From a virus (lineage: Duplodnaviria; Caudoviricetes), in the IMG/VR virus record IMGVR_UViG_3300017911_000991, positions 1 to 28,904 of that record: a stretch of DNA of 28,904 nucleotides, one strand, 5' to 3'. This document shows, piece after piece, positions 1 through 8,040 of this stretch. How positions within the stretch are numbered: the first letter of the stretch is position 1; each line of letters starts with the position of its first letter. Position numbers and translations under genes: made by a program. A model generated the notes under the pieces. The model saw nothing but the letters and a program-made list of their open reading frames with translations, ran no database searches and was not told where the DNA came from.

Positions 1-1
1 A

Positions 2-2164
2 AATGGATTTGTTGAAAATGAAACGGGCCTTTTAATTCTCAAGAACAATTCCGATGATAGAGATGTTGCTATCCAATCAGACGACGGCTCTGGTGGAATT
101 GCTAATTATCTTGTAGCCGATGGCAGTACGGGCGCTTTGAAGGCTTACCATTATGGCTCATTAAAACTCGCCACCACCTCCACCGGCATCGACGTAACCG
201 GCACCGTCACGGCTGATGGGCTGACGGTTGAAGGCACTAACGGAAACTTTGAAGTCGCTACGACAGGAAACTCTGTCAACATGACGCGAGCCGGGAATAA
301 TTTCATCACGGCTTCAGACGCAGTAGGCGATTTATTTTTAGGCGCAGGCGGCGTTAGTTTTTTTAAAATTGATAACGGCGGCGACATCTCCTTCTACGAT
401 TCGGCGGGGTCGTCGCAGTCTTTCTTCTGGGATGCGAGTGCGGAGTCGTTGGGGATTGGGACGACTTCGCCTGCTGGCATTTTGCACTTGCAAGAAAGCG
501 CTGGTGGTAACGTAGAGCTGCACATGCGGGAAACCACTGGAGGCACTGCTTATGGTGCGTCCCTTGATGCTTTTAACAGTGGCGGCGGTAATCTAAGGAT
601 AAGGCTTCATGATAGCGGTGGAACGCTGCAAGAAGTTATTAGATTTAAGTCAGACGGAAGCGTCGGGATTGGTCTGACCAACCCGTCAGATTACTACGCC
701 GAAAATCTTGTAGTCGCAGCGGCTGACGAAGGCGGTATTACTATTGAGTGTGGTTCTACCGAAAAAGCGTACTTAATGTTTGCTCAAGGCACATCTGGTT
801 CTGACGCATACAGATCGTATGTAGGCTATGACCATAACCTTGATTCAATGAATATTGTGTCCTCTGGTTACATTAATTTTTTTACTGATGACCCTTCCAC
901 AGAAGCCATGCGCATCGACTCCAGCGGCAGGTTGTTGATTGGTAGGACATCAAACTACGGCGGTGAAGCTCTTCAGATTGATGCAAACTCTGTTGGCGCA
1001 ACTGTATATACAGCTTATATCAGCAACACTAATACCAGCACTTCTGCATATAATGTTATGCGATGGGCGCAAGGCGCAACCGGTTCTGCTACCGGAATGA
1101 TTGGTACAGGTGGCTCTGCTACCGGGAACGCTGCGTTTCGTAATAATTTTGTTGTTGGAACGCAAAGCAGCAGCCCACTTGTGTTTGCTACGGCGGATGC
1201 CGAACGCGCCCGCATCGACTCCAGCGGCAACTTGCTGGTTGGTAAGACTTCTGCCGACTTTAGCGATAGCTCAAGGGGTAACGTAGAAATTGGTGGTTCT
1301 GGTGGAGCTATATTGGCGTTAAAGGCAGGCTCTACTAATGATTACATATATAATAGCGGTTCAAATTTGGACATACTTGCTGGCTCTGGGCAGGGGGTGC
1401 TGTTTTATACCAATGGGTCAAATGAACGCGCCCGCATCGACTCCAGCGGCAACTTGTTGGTGGGGACGACTGACCTTAACCCACAATCTTCGTCCAGTGA
1501 GTCGGGCGTTCGTGTAGGCGACGGCTTTATCTTTGCAGGACGCGCTGGCGAAGTAGCTATCCTTAACCGCCAAAGCACCGACGGTGACATTACAGTATTC
1601 CGCAAAGACGGCACCACGGTGGGGAGTATTGGTAGCAACAGCGGCACTTATATGTACGCCGGAACAGGTGATACAGGCATTTTGTTCAATGTTGATGCCA
1701 ACGGTGTACAGCCTTGGAATACCTCTACTAACGGTAATTCAGACGGGCTACTTAATCTCGGCTTCTCTACCAGTCGCTTCAAAGACCTCTACCTCTCAGG
1801 CGGCGCCTATCTCGGCGGCACCGGGGCGGCTAATAAGCTGGATGATTATGAGGAGGGGACGTTTACTCCTTCTAGTTATAGTGGTTGGAACACTAACCCT
1901 ACAGGTTGGACTGGTAAATACACAAAAATAGGAAACATGGTTACTCTTTTTGTAGATATTGCCGGAGGCGTTTTTAATAACCAGTGTTACATAGTTGGTT
2001 TACCTTTCAGCGCAACTCAAGAAGGAACAGGAGTCGTCCTTAATGGCTCAATCACTAATGTAGCTGACGCATTTGCGGCATCAACCAATAGAATCTGGTT
2101 TAGAGCCACTAACGGAACTAGCTCAGACGGAGCAAGATTTTCACTAACTTACCAAACAGCCTAA
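2..2164 (+). CDS. Tail fibre / receptor-binding protein, 5' truncated
   Basis: Frame is open from base 2 (NGFVENETGLL...), so the true start lies upstream of the window. G/S/T-rich, repeated ERxRIDSSGNLLVG and VGIGTT motifs, DDYEEGTFTP motif before the C-terminal domain. Confidence 0.85.
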   Translation, partial: NGFVENETGLLILKNNSDDRDVAIQSDDGSGGIANYLVADGSTGALKAYHYGSLKLATTSTGIDVTGTVTADGLTVEGTNGNFEVATTGNSVNMTRAGNNFITASDAVGDLFLGAGGVSFFKIDNGGDISFYDSAGSSQSFFWDASAESLGIGTTSPAGILHLQESAGGNVELHMRETTGGTAYGASLDAFNSGGGNLRIRLHDSGGTLQEVIRFKSDGSVGIGLTNPSDYYAENLVVAAADEGGITIECGSTEKAYLMFAQGTSGSDAYRSYVGYDHNLDSMNIVSSGYINFFTDDPSTEAMRIDSSGRLLIGRTSNYGGEALQIDANSVGATVYTAYISNTNTSTSAYNVMRWAQGATGSATGMIGTGGSATGNAAFRNNFVVGTQSSSPLVFATADAERARIDSSGNLLVGKTSADFSDSSRGNVEIGGSGGAILALKAGSTNDYIYNSGSNLDILAGSGQGVLFYTNGSNERARIDSSGNLLVGTTDLNPQSSSSESGVRVGDGFIFAGRAGEVAILNRQSTDGDITVFRKDGTTVGSIGSNSGTYMYAGTGDTGILFNVDANGVQPWNTSTNGNSDGLLNLGFSTSRFKDLYLSGGAYLGGTGAANKLDDYEEGTFTPSSYSGWNTNPTGWTGKYTKIGNMVTLFVDIAGGVFNNQCYIVGLPFSATQEGTGVVLNGSITNVADAFAASTNRIWFRATNGTSSDGARFSLTYQTA
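911..1456 (+). repeat. Dispersed direct repeats between tail-fibre modules
   Basis: CGCATCGACTCCAGCGGCA at 911, 1211 and 1433. 33 identical bp at 1202-1234 and 1424-1456. Confidence 0.9.
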
Positions 2165-2206
2165 TTACCTCACTCGGACGATTGAGGCGGACCAAGGAGA
2201 AACACA

Positions 2207-2458
2207 ATGGCACTAACCGAAGAAATCTTTGCAGACAAGATCGAAGTGGTGGGCGACTTTAGCCACGTTCAAGTGCGCGTTGCCACCGTGATTAAGCGCG
2301 ACGGAGAAGAAATCTCTCGCAGCTACCACCGCCACGTTGTGGCTCCCGGTGACAGCTACGCTGATGAAGACGCGAAGGTGCAGGCTATCTGCGCAGCGGT
2401 ACACACCCAAGACGTCATCGACGCCTACGCGGCGCACATGGAGGCACAGAATGTTTAA
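2207..2458 (+). CDS. Hypothetical phage protein, tail-fibre associated
   Basis: AAGGAG RBS, 83 aa acidic ORF immediately after the fibre gene. Confidence 0.7.
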   Translation: MALTEEIFADKIEVVGDFSHVQVRVATVIKRDGEEISRSYHRHVVAPGDSYADEDAKVQAICAAVHTQDVIDAYAAHMEAQNV

Positions 2459-2762
2459 CTGGACCATCTCGACTTTGGAGCGCAAGCTTTCCGATGGGGG
2501 CGTTATCGTGGCGCACTGGCGGTGCACGGCTTCTGAGACCGTTGGGGAAGATACCTTCTCCGCAAGCTCCTACGGCACCTGCGGCTTCACCTACGACGCC
2601 TCTGCGCCTGACTTCACGCCCTATGCTGACCTCACGGAAGCTACTGTGCTTGGCTGGGTGTGGGACCAAGCTGACGGCTGGAAGGATGAAGTTGAGGCGG
2701 CGCTCCAAGCCCGTATTGATGCTGATAAGACCCCGACCACTGCTGCTGGAGTCCCGTGGTAA
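2451..2762 (+). CDS. Hypothetical phage protein, possible fibre chaperone or accessory protein
   Basis: ATG at 2451 with GGAGG RBS, overlapping the previous stop. MFNWTISTLER...GVPW. Confidence 0.7.
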   Translation: MFNWTISTLERKLSDGGVIVAHWRCTASETVGEDTFSASSYGTCGFTYDASAPDFTPYADLTEATVLGWVWDQADGWKDEVEAALQARIDADKTPTTAAGVPW

Positions 2763-2794
2763 AATACGCAGGGGCGGTTATTTGGGAGTGAGTC

Positions 2795-3304
2795 ATGCTT
2801 GATCCAGTAACCGCCATTGCTACTGCCACCGCAGCATTTAATGGTGTACGCAAGCTCGTAGCCGCAGGCCGTGATCTTGAAGACTGCATGGGTCAGATGG
2901 CCCAATGGTACACCGCTGTTTCTGATCTGAACGAAGCGCAGAAGACAGCCAAGAATCCTCCCTTATTTAAGAAGCTGACCAGCAAGAAATCCGTGGAGCA
3001 AGAAGCCATGGAAATCTTCGCGCACACCAAGAAAGCTGCTGCCCAAGAGAAGGCTCTACGCGAGATCATTACCTACAGCTACGGCAGGGAGGCGTGGACT
3101 GAGCTGATACAGCTTAGACGGCGTATACGGTTAGAGCGTGAGAAGGCCATCTATGCCCAAAAGCGGAAGCGCGAAAGCACCTTCTGGACGGTCGTTACTA
3201 TTGTAGTGCTTACTTTTGTTTGTTATGGCTTCTTCGCTACAATGAGCTTCGTTATAAACGACTTGAGGCCTCAGCAAGATGGCACCAGAGATGATTTGGA
3301 GTAG
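2795..3304 (+). CDS. Hypothetical membrane protein of the lysis region
   Basis: GGGAG RBS, 169 aa, C-terminal hydrophobic helix (FWTVVTIVVLTFVCYGFF). Confidence 0.7.
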   Translation: MLDPVTAIATATAAFNGVRKLVAAGRDLEDCMGQMAQWYTAVSDLNEAQKTAKNPPLFKKLTSKKSVEQEAMEIFAHTKKAAAQEKALREIITYSYGREAWTELIQLRRRIRLEREKAIYAQKRKRESTFWTVVTIVVLTFVCYGFFATMSFVINDLRPQQDGTRDDLE

Positions 3305-3515
3305 CGTCCTGACTGCGGCCATTGGTCTTCTTGCGTGGACCTTTAAGAGCAAGTCAGAGGAATTATCTCGCCTTAATATCCTCCTCAATAAGACACGAGA
3401 AGAGATGGCGAAAGAGTACGTTACGAAGTTTGAAAGCACCGCTGACATGAACCGCATTATCGACCGATTAGAGGCGCTAGACGCTAAGCTAGACCGCCTC
3501 ATGGAGCGCTCATGA
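3279..3515 (+). CDS. Small membrane protein (N-terminal TM plus coiled coil), holin/antiholin-like
   Basis: Hydrophobic N-terminus, heptad-rich C-terminus, ATGA coupling to the next gene. Confidence 0.6.
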   Translation: MAPEMIWSSVLTAAIGLLAWTFKSKSEELSRLNILLNKTREEMAKEYVTKFESTADMNRIIDRLEALDAKLDRLMERS

Positions 3516-3985
3516 GCTTTGACGCTATTAAGAACGTCATAGGTGCGGTGGCACCTACCCTTGGAACGGCCCTAGGAGGCCCTCTAGGAGGTGCTGCGGC
3601 CTCTGCCATAGCTGGGGTACTGGGGTGCGATACGGACCCTCAGAGCCTTCAGAAGGCCGTACAGAAGGCTACCCCCGAGCAATTGACGGAGATTAAAAAG
3701 GCAGAGCTGGACTTTGAGGCTCGCATGAAGGAACTAGACGTAGACCTCTACGCCCTCCAAGTTCAAGACACCGCTGATGCTCGGAAGAATTTCGCCAAGG
3801 ATTGGACTGCACGCTTCCTAGCCGTAACCCTATGCCTGCTATTCGCGGGGTACATCTTCCTTGTGACGATCCTTCCCCATGATCGGAATACCGATGCGAT
3901 CATCAACCTGATCCTCGGCTCTATCACGGGATCGTTTAGCACCGTCATTGCGTTCTACTTCGGCTCAAGCCAGAGGCAGGAATGA
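3512..3985 (+). CDS. Putative holin
   Basis: Gly/Ala-rich N-terminus, two C-terminal TM helices ending FYFGSS, directly upstream of the endolysin with ATGA overlap. Confidence 0.7.
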   Translation: MSFDAIKNVIGAVAPTLGTALGGPLGGAAASAIAGVLGCDTDPQSLQKAVQKATPEQLTEIKKAELDFEARMKELDVDLYALQVQDTADARKNFAKDWTARFLAVTLCLLFAGYIFLVTILPHDRNTDAIINLILGSITGSFSTVIAFYFGSSQRQE

Positions 3986-4434
3986 AGACTAGTGAAGAAG
4001 GCGTGGCACTTATCCGACACTTTGAAGGCTGCCGTCTTGAAGCGTATCTATGCCCTGCTGCTGTATGGACTATTGGTTACGGCCACACTCTTGATGTTAG
4101 AGAGGGCGACGTAATTGATCAGGAGGCCGCAGAGGCGCTTCTTATCGAGGACCTAGAGGAGTTTGAGGGCTATGTTACCTCCTTGGTTGAGATCGAACTC
4201 AAGCAGCATCAATTTGACGCTCTCGTGGCGTGGACCTTTAACTTGGGCCCAGCAAACCTTAAAGAGAGCACGATGCTCAATAGGATCAACTATGGTCCGC
4301 TTAGCGACGTTCCTTTCCAATTGCAGCGATGGAATAGAGCGGGCGGGAAAGTCCTTGATGGACTAGTTAAGAGACGTAAGGCTGAAGCTCTCCTATGGGA
4401 CGGCGGGGACTGGAGGGAATATGAGCCTCATTAA
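3982..4434 (+). CDS. Endolysin, GH24 phage lysozyme
   Basis: E-X8-C-X5-T triad (FEGCRLEAYLCPAAVWTIGYGHT), FDALVAWTFNLG and GLVKRRKAE motifs. Confidence 0.93.
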   Translation: MKTSEEGVALIRHFEGCRLEAYLCPAAVWTIGYGHTLDVREGDVIDQEAAEALLIEDLEEFEGYVTSLVEIELKQHQFDALVAWTFNLGPANLKESTMLNRINYGPLSDVPFQLQRWNRAGGKVLDGLVKRRKAEALLWDGGDWREYEPH

Positions 4435-5134
4435 CGAAATCATCCGCCAGCCCAATGGCCTGTTAGCCGTAGCTGCGGGGCATCTCCCGGATGCAGAGGC
4501 AGTAAACATCTTTGGGGTCAATCCTACGGTAGGCACGAGCTATGAAACTCTTTGGGATAATGGAGGGCTTTATACTTACCCTTCCTCTGCTGCTAGCCTG
4601 TCTTGTGTTTCTAGCTCTGCCTCGGACACTATGGCCATCGTCATCACTGGACTGGACGCTAATTATTTCGTCATTTCTGAAGTGGTTACGCTTAACGGTA
4701 CAACGGCTGTTACGACGACTCAGGCATTTCTTAGGGTAAATTCGGCGGTGATTCTTGCCGGTGAGAACGCCGGGAACATCACCATTACCAACGATAGCCA
4801 TACGCTCGGCTACATCTCTATTGGTAAGGGACTGACTCAAGCCTGCAACTATACCGTTCCTGTAGGGCATTCCCTGTACATCACGCGGATTGACCTAACC
4901 TCTGGAACGGTTACGGGTAATAAATACCTCACCTATCGAAACGTAACCCGCACCTCGGCTGGCCGCGTTCTAAGGGTAGCTGAGGCGACATGGGCAGAGG
5001 GTATGCAGTCCTTCGATAGACAGATTCCCTTCCGGATACGGGAGAAAACGGACTTTCAATTCGAAGCGAAGTCTAGCGGTAGCGATAACGAAATCAGTAT
5101 CTTTGTCGAAGCCATCCTCGTACGGGATGAATAA
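4421..5134 (+). CDS. Hypothetical phage protein, beta-rich, possibly virion-associated
   Basis: 237 aa, GGAGG RBS, S/T/G-rich. No function recognised. Confidence 0.7.
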   Translation: MSLINEIIRQPNGLLAVAAGHLPDAEAVNIFGVNPTVGTSYETLWDNGGLYTYPSSAASLSCVSSSASDTMAIVITGLDANYFVISEVVTLNGTTAVTTTQAFLRVNSAVILAGENAGNITITNDSHTLGYISIGKGLTQACNYTVPVGHSLYITRIDLTSGTVTGNKYLTYRNVTRTSAGRVLRVAEATWAEGMQSFDRQIPFRIREKTDFQFEAKSSGSDNEISIFVEAILVRDE

Positions 5135-5144
5135 GGAGAAAGCC

Positions 5145-5240
5145 ATGCCTCTCAAGAAAGGTCAGCAAAAGAAGAAGATGCCCCAAGGCGGAATGATGAA
5201 GCGCAAGAAGACCGGCAAGAAGAAGTCCAGCTACAAGTAG
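5145..5240 (+). CDS. Lysine-rich 31-aa peptide (MPLKKGQQKKKMPQGGMMKRKKTGKKKSSYK)
   Basis: Below the ORF-track cutoff. AAGGAG RBS, ATG at 5145, TAG ending 5240, followed by a hairpin. Confidence 0.65.
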   Translation: MPLKKGQQKKKMPQGGMMKRKKTGKKKSSYK

Positions 5241-5245
5241 TAGAC

Positions 5246-5263
5246 GGGGGGCCGAAGCCCCCC
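5246..5263. terminator. GC-rich hairpin at the end of the late operon
   Basis: GGGGGGC-CGAA-GCCCCCC, which reads as a c(UUCG)g tetraloop on the minus strand. No good U-tract on either strand. Confidence 0.55.
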
Positions 5264-5369
5264 TGCTACGCTAGCAACGGGCGGAGAAACTAGCGCAGCG
5301 CTTATATCCTATCAGAATACCTACCCCCTAGTTATTCCAAATAGTTCTATTCCTAGTAGTATAAAAATA

Positions 5370-5397
5370 TTGACTAGCCCAATCTCTGTGGCATCAT
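5370..5397 (+). promoter_or_regulatory. Sigma70-like promoter for the recombination operon
   Basis: TTGACT-N16-CATCAT with extended TG and an AT-rich upstream element. Confidence 0.6.
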
Positions 5398-5441
5398 GTC
5401 GCAGTCAGTTGATTTACTGATGCCTATAGAGAGAGCAAGCT

Positions 5442-6014
5442 ATGTTAGCGAAACTTATCTGGGACACCCTGTCCCCTATCGATGTATCCGCGTACACGGA
5501 GAAGAAAGGCAACCTGACGTACCTGTCATGGGCTCATGCGTGGCGGGAGATGTGCAATCACTTCCCTGACACCACGTACCGCTTTGAGTACGACACCTTC
5601 CCTGATGGGACCGTTGAGTACACCTGCTATCTCACGGTGAAGCATAACGGTCTGGAGCATACGCAGATGATGTGGCTCCCCGTCATGGATAACAGGAATA
5701 AAGCCATCCAGAACCCTGACGCTCGGGCGCGCAATGATTGCCGCATGAGGCTGCTCTGCAAGGCCCTCAGCATGTGTGGATTGGGCGCGTACATCTACGC
5801 CGGGGAAGACCTGCCCATCGTTGAGCCGGAGACGATCAGTGAGGAGCAGCAAAAGGAGCTGCACGATCTCATCGTTGAGACGGATACGGACCTAGATAAG
5901 TTCTTCTCCGCCTTCAAGATCAAGGCGCTGGCACAGATGCCAAAAGAACGCTTTGAAAAGGCCAAGGCGGCTCTTGAGAACAAGCGGGAACGGGCAAATG
6001 AACAGAGCGCCTAG
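5442..6014 (+). CDS. Single-strand annealing protein, Sak3/DUF1071-like
   Basis: EKKGNLTYLSWAHAW, MWLPVMD and GLGAYIYAGEDLP motifs, near an exonuclease and SSB. Confidence 0.85.
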   Translation: MLAKLIWDTLSPIDVSAYTEKKGNLTYLSWAHAWREMCNHFPDTTYRFEYDTFPDGTVEYTCYLTVKHNGLEHTQMMWLPVMDNRNKAIQNPDARARNDCRMRLLCKALSMCGLGAYIYAGEDLPIVEPETISEEQQKELHDLIVETDTDLDKFFSAFKIKALAQMPKERFEKAKAALENKRERANEQSA

Positions 6015-6540
6015 TGTTCACCCGTTGCTCGAAAAGGGTTCTGTCAAGCTAAAGGATATAGCCAGCTATTTTTGGATAGATGAGTCATTCATTAGGACTC
6101 AGTTTCCAAAGGTTGGCTTTCCTGAGCGTATGGAAGTAGAGGGTAGGACCGCGTTCTGGGACTCTAAATTGGTAGTCCAGTTTGAGGCCGAGAAGCTTAG
6201 CCAGGATCGTAACTTCTTCAAGAAGATGCTAGTTGCATCGCTTAAGGGGAAGAAGAAGGCACGATGTGATGCAGAGGCCCGAGAACGTCAAGAAAGGGAG
6301 GCTAAGGAGAATCGGATAAATTCCATAGATGAGCTGGTCAACCTTGTTAAGGCGTGGTTTCCCCACATAGAGGAACAGACGCCGAATCCTGAGAGGGAGC
6401 TTGCTAGGGCTATGGATATAGTCTGCCGAAACTTCATGACTCGCTATCAATATGAGGAATGGCGAAACGATCTCGATAGTTGCGAATGGCTTGAGTACAA
6501 GCCCTTACCTCACGAGGATGGTGAAAATGCGAGTGCTTGA
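5998..6540 (+). CDS. Hypothetical protein with a possible AlpA/excisionase-like N-terminal winged HTH
   Basis: LKDIASYFWI...GFPERMEVEGRTAFWDSKLV resembles the AlpA FPxP...GR..aW pattern, followed by a coiled coil. Confidence 0.5.
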   Translation: MNRAPSVHPLLEKGSVKLKDIASYFWIDESFIRTQFPKVGFPERMEVEGRTAFWDSKLVVQFEAEKLSQDRNFFKKMLVASLKGKKKARCDAEARERQEREAKENRINSIDELVNLVKAWFPHIEEQTPNPERELARAMDIVCRNFMTRYQYEEWRNDLDSCEWLEYKPLPHEDGENASA

Positions 6541-7123
6541 GGTAGTCCAAGGAACGGACGAATGGCTGGCGGCGCGTCTAGGCGTACCGTCTGCCTCAGC
6601 CTACGGAAGACTAATCACGCCTACAGGGCGTAGAGCAAAGACCTTTGATGGCTATGTCCAGCAATTGGTTGAGGAGAAGATCACAGGCCTTCTTGACCGG
6701 ATCCCTCAAAATGAGGCGATGGCACGAGGAACAGAGCTAGAGCCTCACGCTAGGGACTACTACGAGATCATGACGGGGAATGATGTCGTTGAGATGGGTT
6801 TTATCAAGCACGACACCTTAGAGGCTGGGTGCAGCCCTGACGGCTTCGTTGCTGATGATGGAGGCATTGAGATCAAGTGCCCCCTAGATAACAACCATCA
6901 AAAGACCCTAGATGCACAGCAAATGCCACCGCGACACTATCCCCAGGTTCAGGGGTGTATGTGGATTACGGGGCGTAAGTGGTGGGACTTCGTTTCTTAC
7001 CATCCAGAGATGGACTCATTCATCACTCGCATAGAGAGGGACGATGAGTACATAAGCAAGCTAGCAGAGGCTGTATATGACGCCTGCCTAGCTATCGAGA
7101 AAGCAACCAAGGAGATGTTATGA
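6527..7123 (+). CDS. YqaJ-like / lambda-exonuclease family protein
   Basis: QGTDEWLAARLG, RGTELEP, GCSPDG, IEIKCP and YPQVQG motifs. Confidence 0.92.
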   Translation: MRVLEVVQGTDEWLAARLGVPSASAYGRLITPTGRRAKTFDGYVQQLVEEKITGLLDRIPQNEAMARGTELEPHARDYYEIMTGNDVVEMGFIKHDTLEAGCSPDGFVADDGGIEIKCPLDNNHQKTLDAQQMPPRHYPQVQGCMWITGRKWWDFVSYHPEMDSFITRIERDDEYISKLAEAVYDACLAIEKATKEML

Positions 7124-7353
7124 GTGATTTTGACAACCGTGGCGCCCTGTGGCCGAACAAGCGCGCAGACAAGCCCACGAGCCCCAAGTACACCGGAAAC
7201 GCAATGATTGATGGGGTCGAGTATTACGTGAATGCATGGCCCGGGGACAACGCAAAGCCCAACAGCCCTGTGTTGAAATTCTCGTTTAACAAGAAGCAGC
7301 CCAAGGAGCCCGTAAGCGATGGCGGAATCGACTTTAACTCCGACCCGTTCTAA
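7120..7353 (+). CDS. Putative short single-stranded DNA-binding protein
   Basis: PKYTG...YYVNAW beta core, acidic tail ending DPF, located after annealase and exonuclease. Confidence 0.65.
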   Translation: MSDFDNRGALWPNKRADKPTSPKYTGNAMIDGVEYYVNAWPGDNAKPNSPVLKFSFNKKQPKEPVSDGGIDFNSDPF

Positions 7354-7357
7354 GGGC

Positions 7358-7552
7358 GTGTATATCGGAGAGAAGCTACGGCGGCTCCAGCGTGACCGCA
7401 ACGTAACGAACAAGGAGTTATGGCAGGCCTTCAACGTACCGCACAACGAGATTTCCCGCTGGCGGTACATGAAAGATATGAAGCTCAGCATGGCTATTGA
7501 GATCGCCAATTACTTCGGGATCACGCTTGATGAGTTCGTCAACTATGAATGA
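7358..7552 (+). CDS. XRE/Cro-like HTH transcriptional regulator
   Basis: Probable GTG start at 7358. IGEKLRRL...ELWQAF...ISRW...IANYFGITLDEF. Confidence 0.8.
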   Translation: MYIGEKLRRLQRDRNVTNKELWQAFNVPHNEISRWRYMKDMKLSMAIEIANYFGITLDEFVNYE

Positions 7553-7557
7553 GGAGA

Positions 7558-7575
7558 GCCCCCCTTTTGGGGGGC
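7558..7575. other. GC hairpin after the HTH gene (attenuator or processing site)
   Basis: GCCCCCC-TTTT-GGGGGGC with no U-tract. Confidence 0.4.
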
Positions 7576-7589
7576 AGGGGACACAAGGC

Positions 7590-8024
7590 ATGTTTTGGAA
7601 GATAGACAAGAAGAGAGACGTTGATCGAGTGATCGAACACCTAACCAAATGGCTGATGAAGGAGTGGGACTGGAAAAGCCCTGTAGTTATTCAACCGCAG
7701 CCGTACCAGAACCCTCGCAGCCTTAACCAGAATGCCCTGTTTCACGTATGGGTTAGGCAGATGGTTAAGCACTTTCAGACCAAGATGCCCGAGCTAACCG
7801 AGGAGGAAATGAAGAATGTGTGTAAGCTCAGGTTCTTAGGCACGGAAGATGTTAAAGTAGGTAAGAAAGTATTAACGGGCCAGCTAAAGGAAACATCCAA
7901 ATTGAAGAAGGGTGAGATGTACTTCTTCATGGAAGAGGTCTACCAGTGGTGTCTGGGTTTAGGCCTCCAGTTAGACGTCCCTGCTGACTCTGAGTTCATG
8001 AAGATACGCAAGAGTCAGGCTTAA
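7590..8024 (+). CDS. ninB: NinB/YbcN-like recombination accessory protein
   Basis: RSLNQNALFHVW and TSKLKKGEMYFFME motifs. Alternative start at 7545. Confidence 0.7.
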   Translation: MFWKIDKKRDVDRVIEHLTKWLMKEWDWKSPVVIQPQPYQNPRSLNQNALFHVWVRQMVKHFQTKMPELTEEEMKNVCKLRFLGTEDVKVGKKVLTGQLKETSKLKKGEMYFFMEEVYQWCLGLGLQLDVPADSEFMKIRKSQA

Positions 8025-8040
8025 ACCTTGGGAGGGGGAG

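Noticed and set aside
911-2164. Diversity-generating retroelement or shufflon at the tail fibre
   Set aside because: No reverse transcriptase, no template/variable repeat pair with adenine-specific mismatches, no invertase, and the repeats are direct.
3982-4434. Cys replacing the catalytic Asp in the endolysin
   Set aside because: E-X8-C-X5-T is an established GH24 variant, and no SAR anchor is present.
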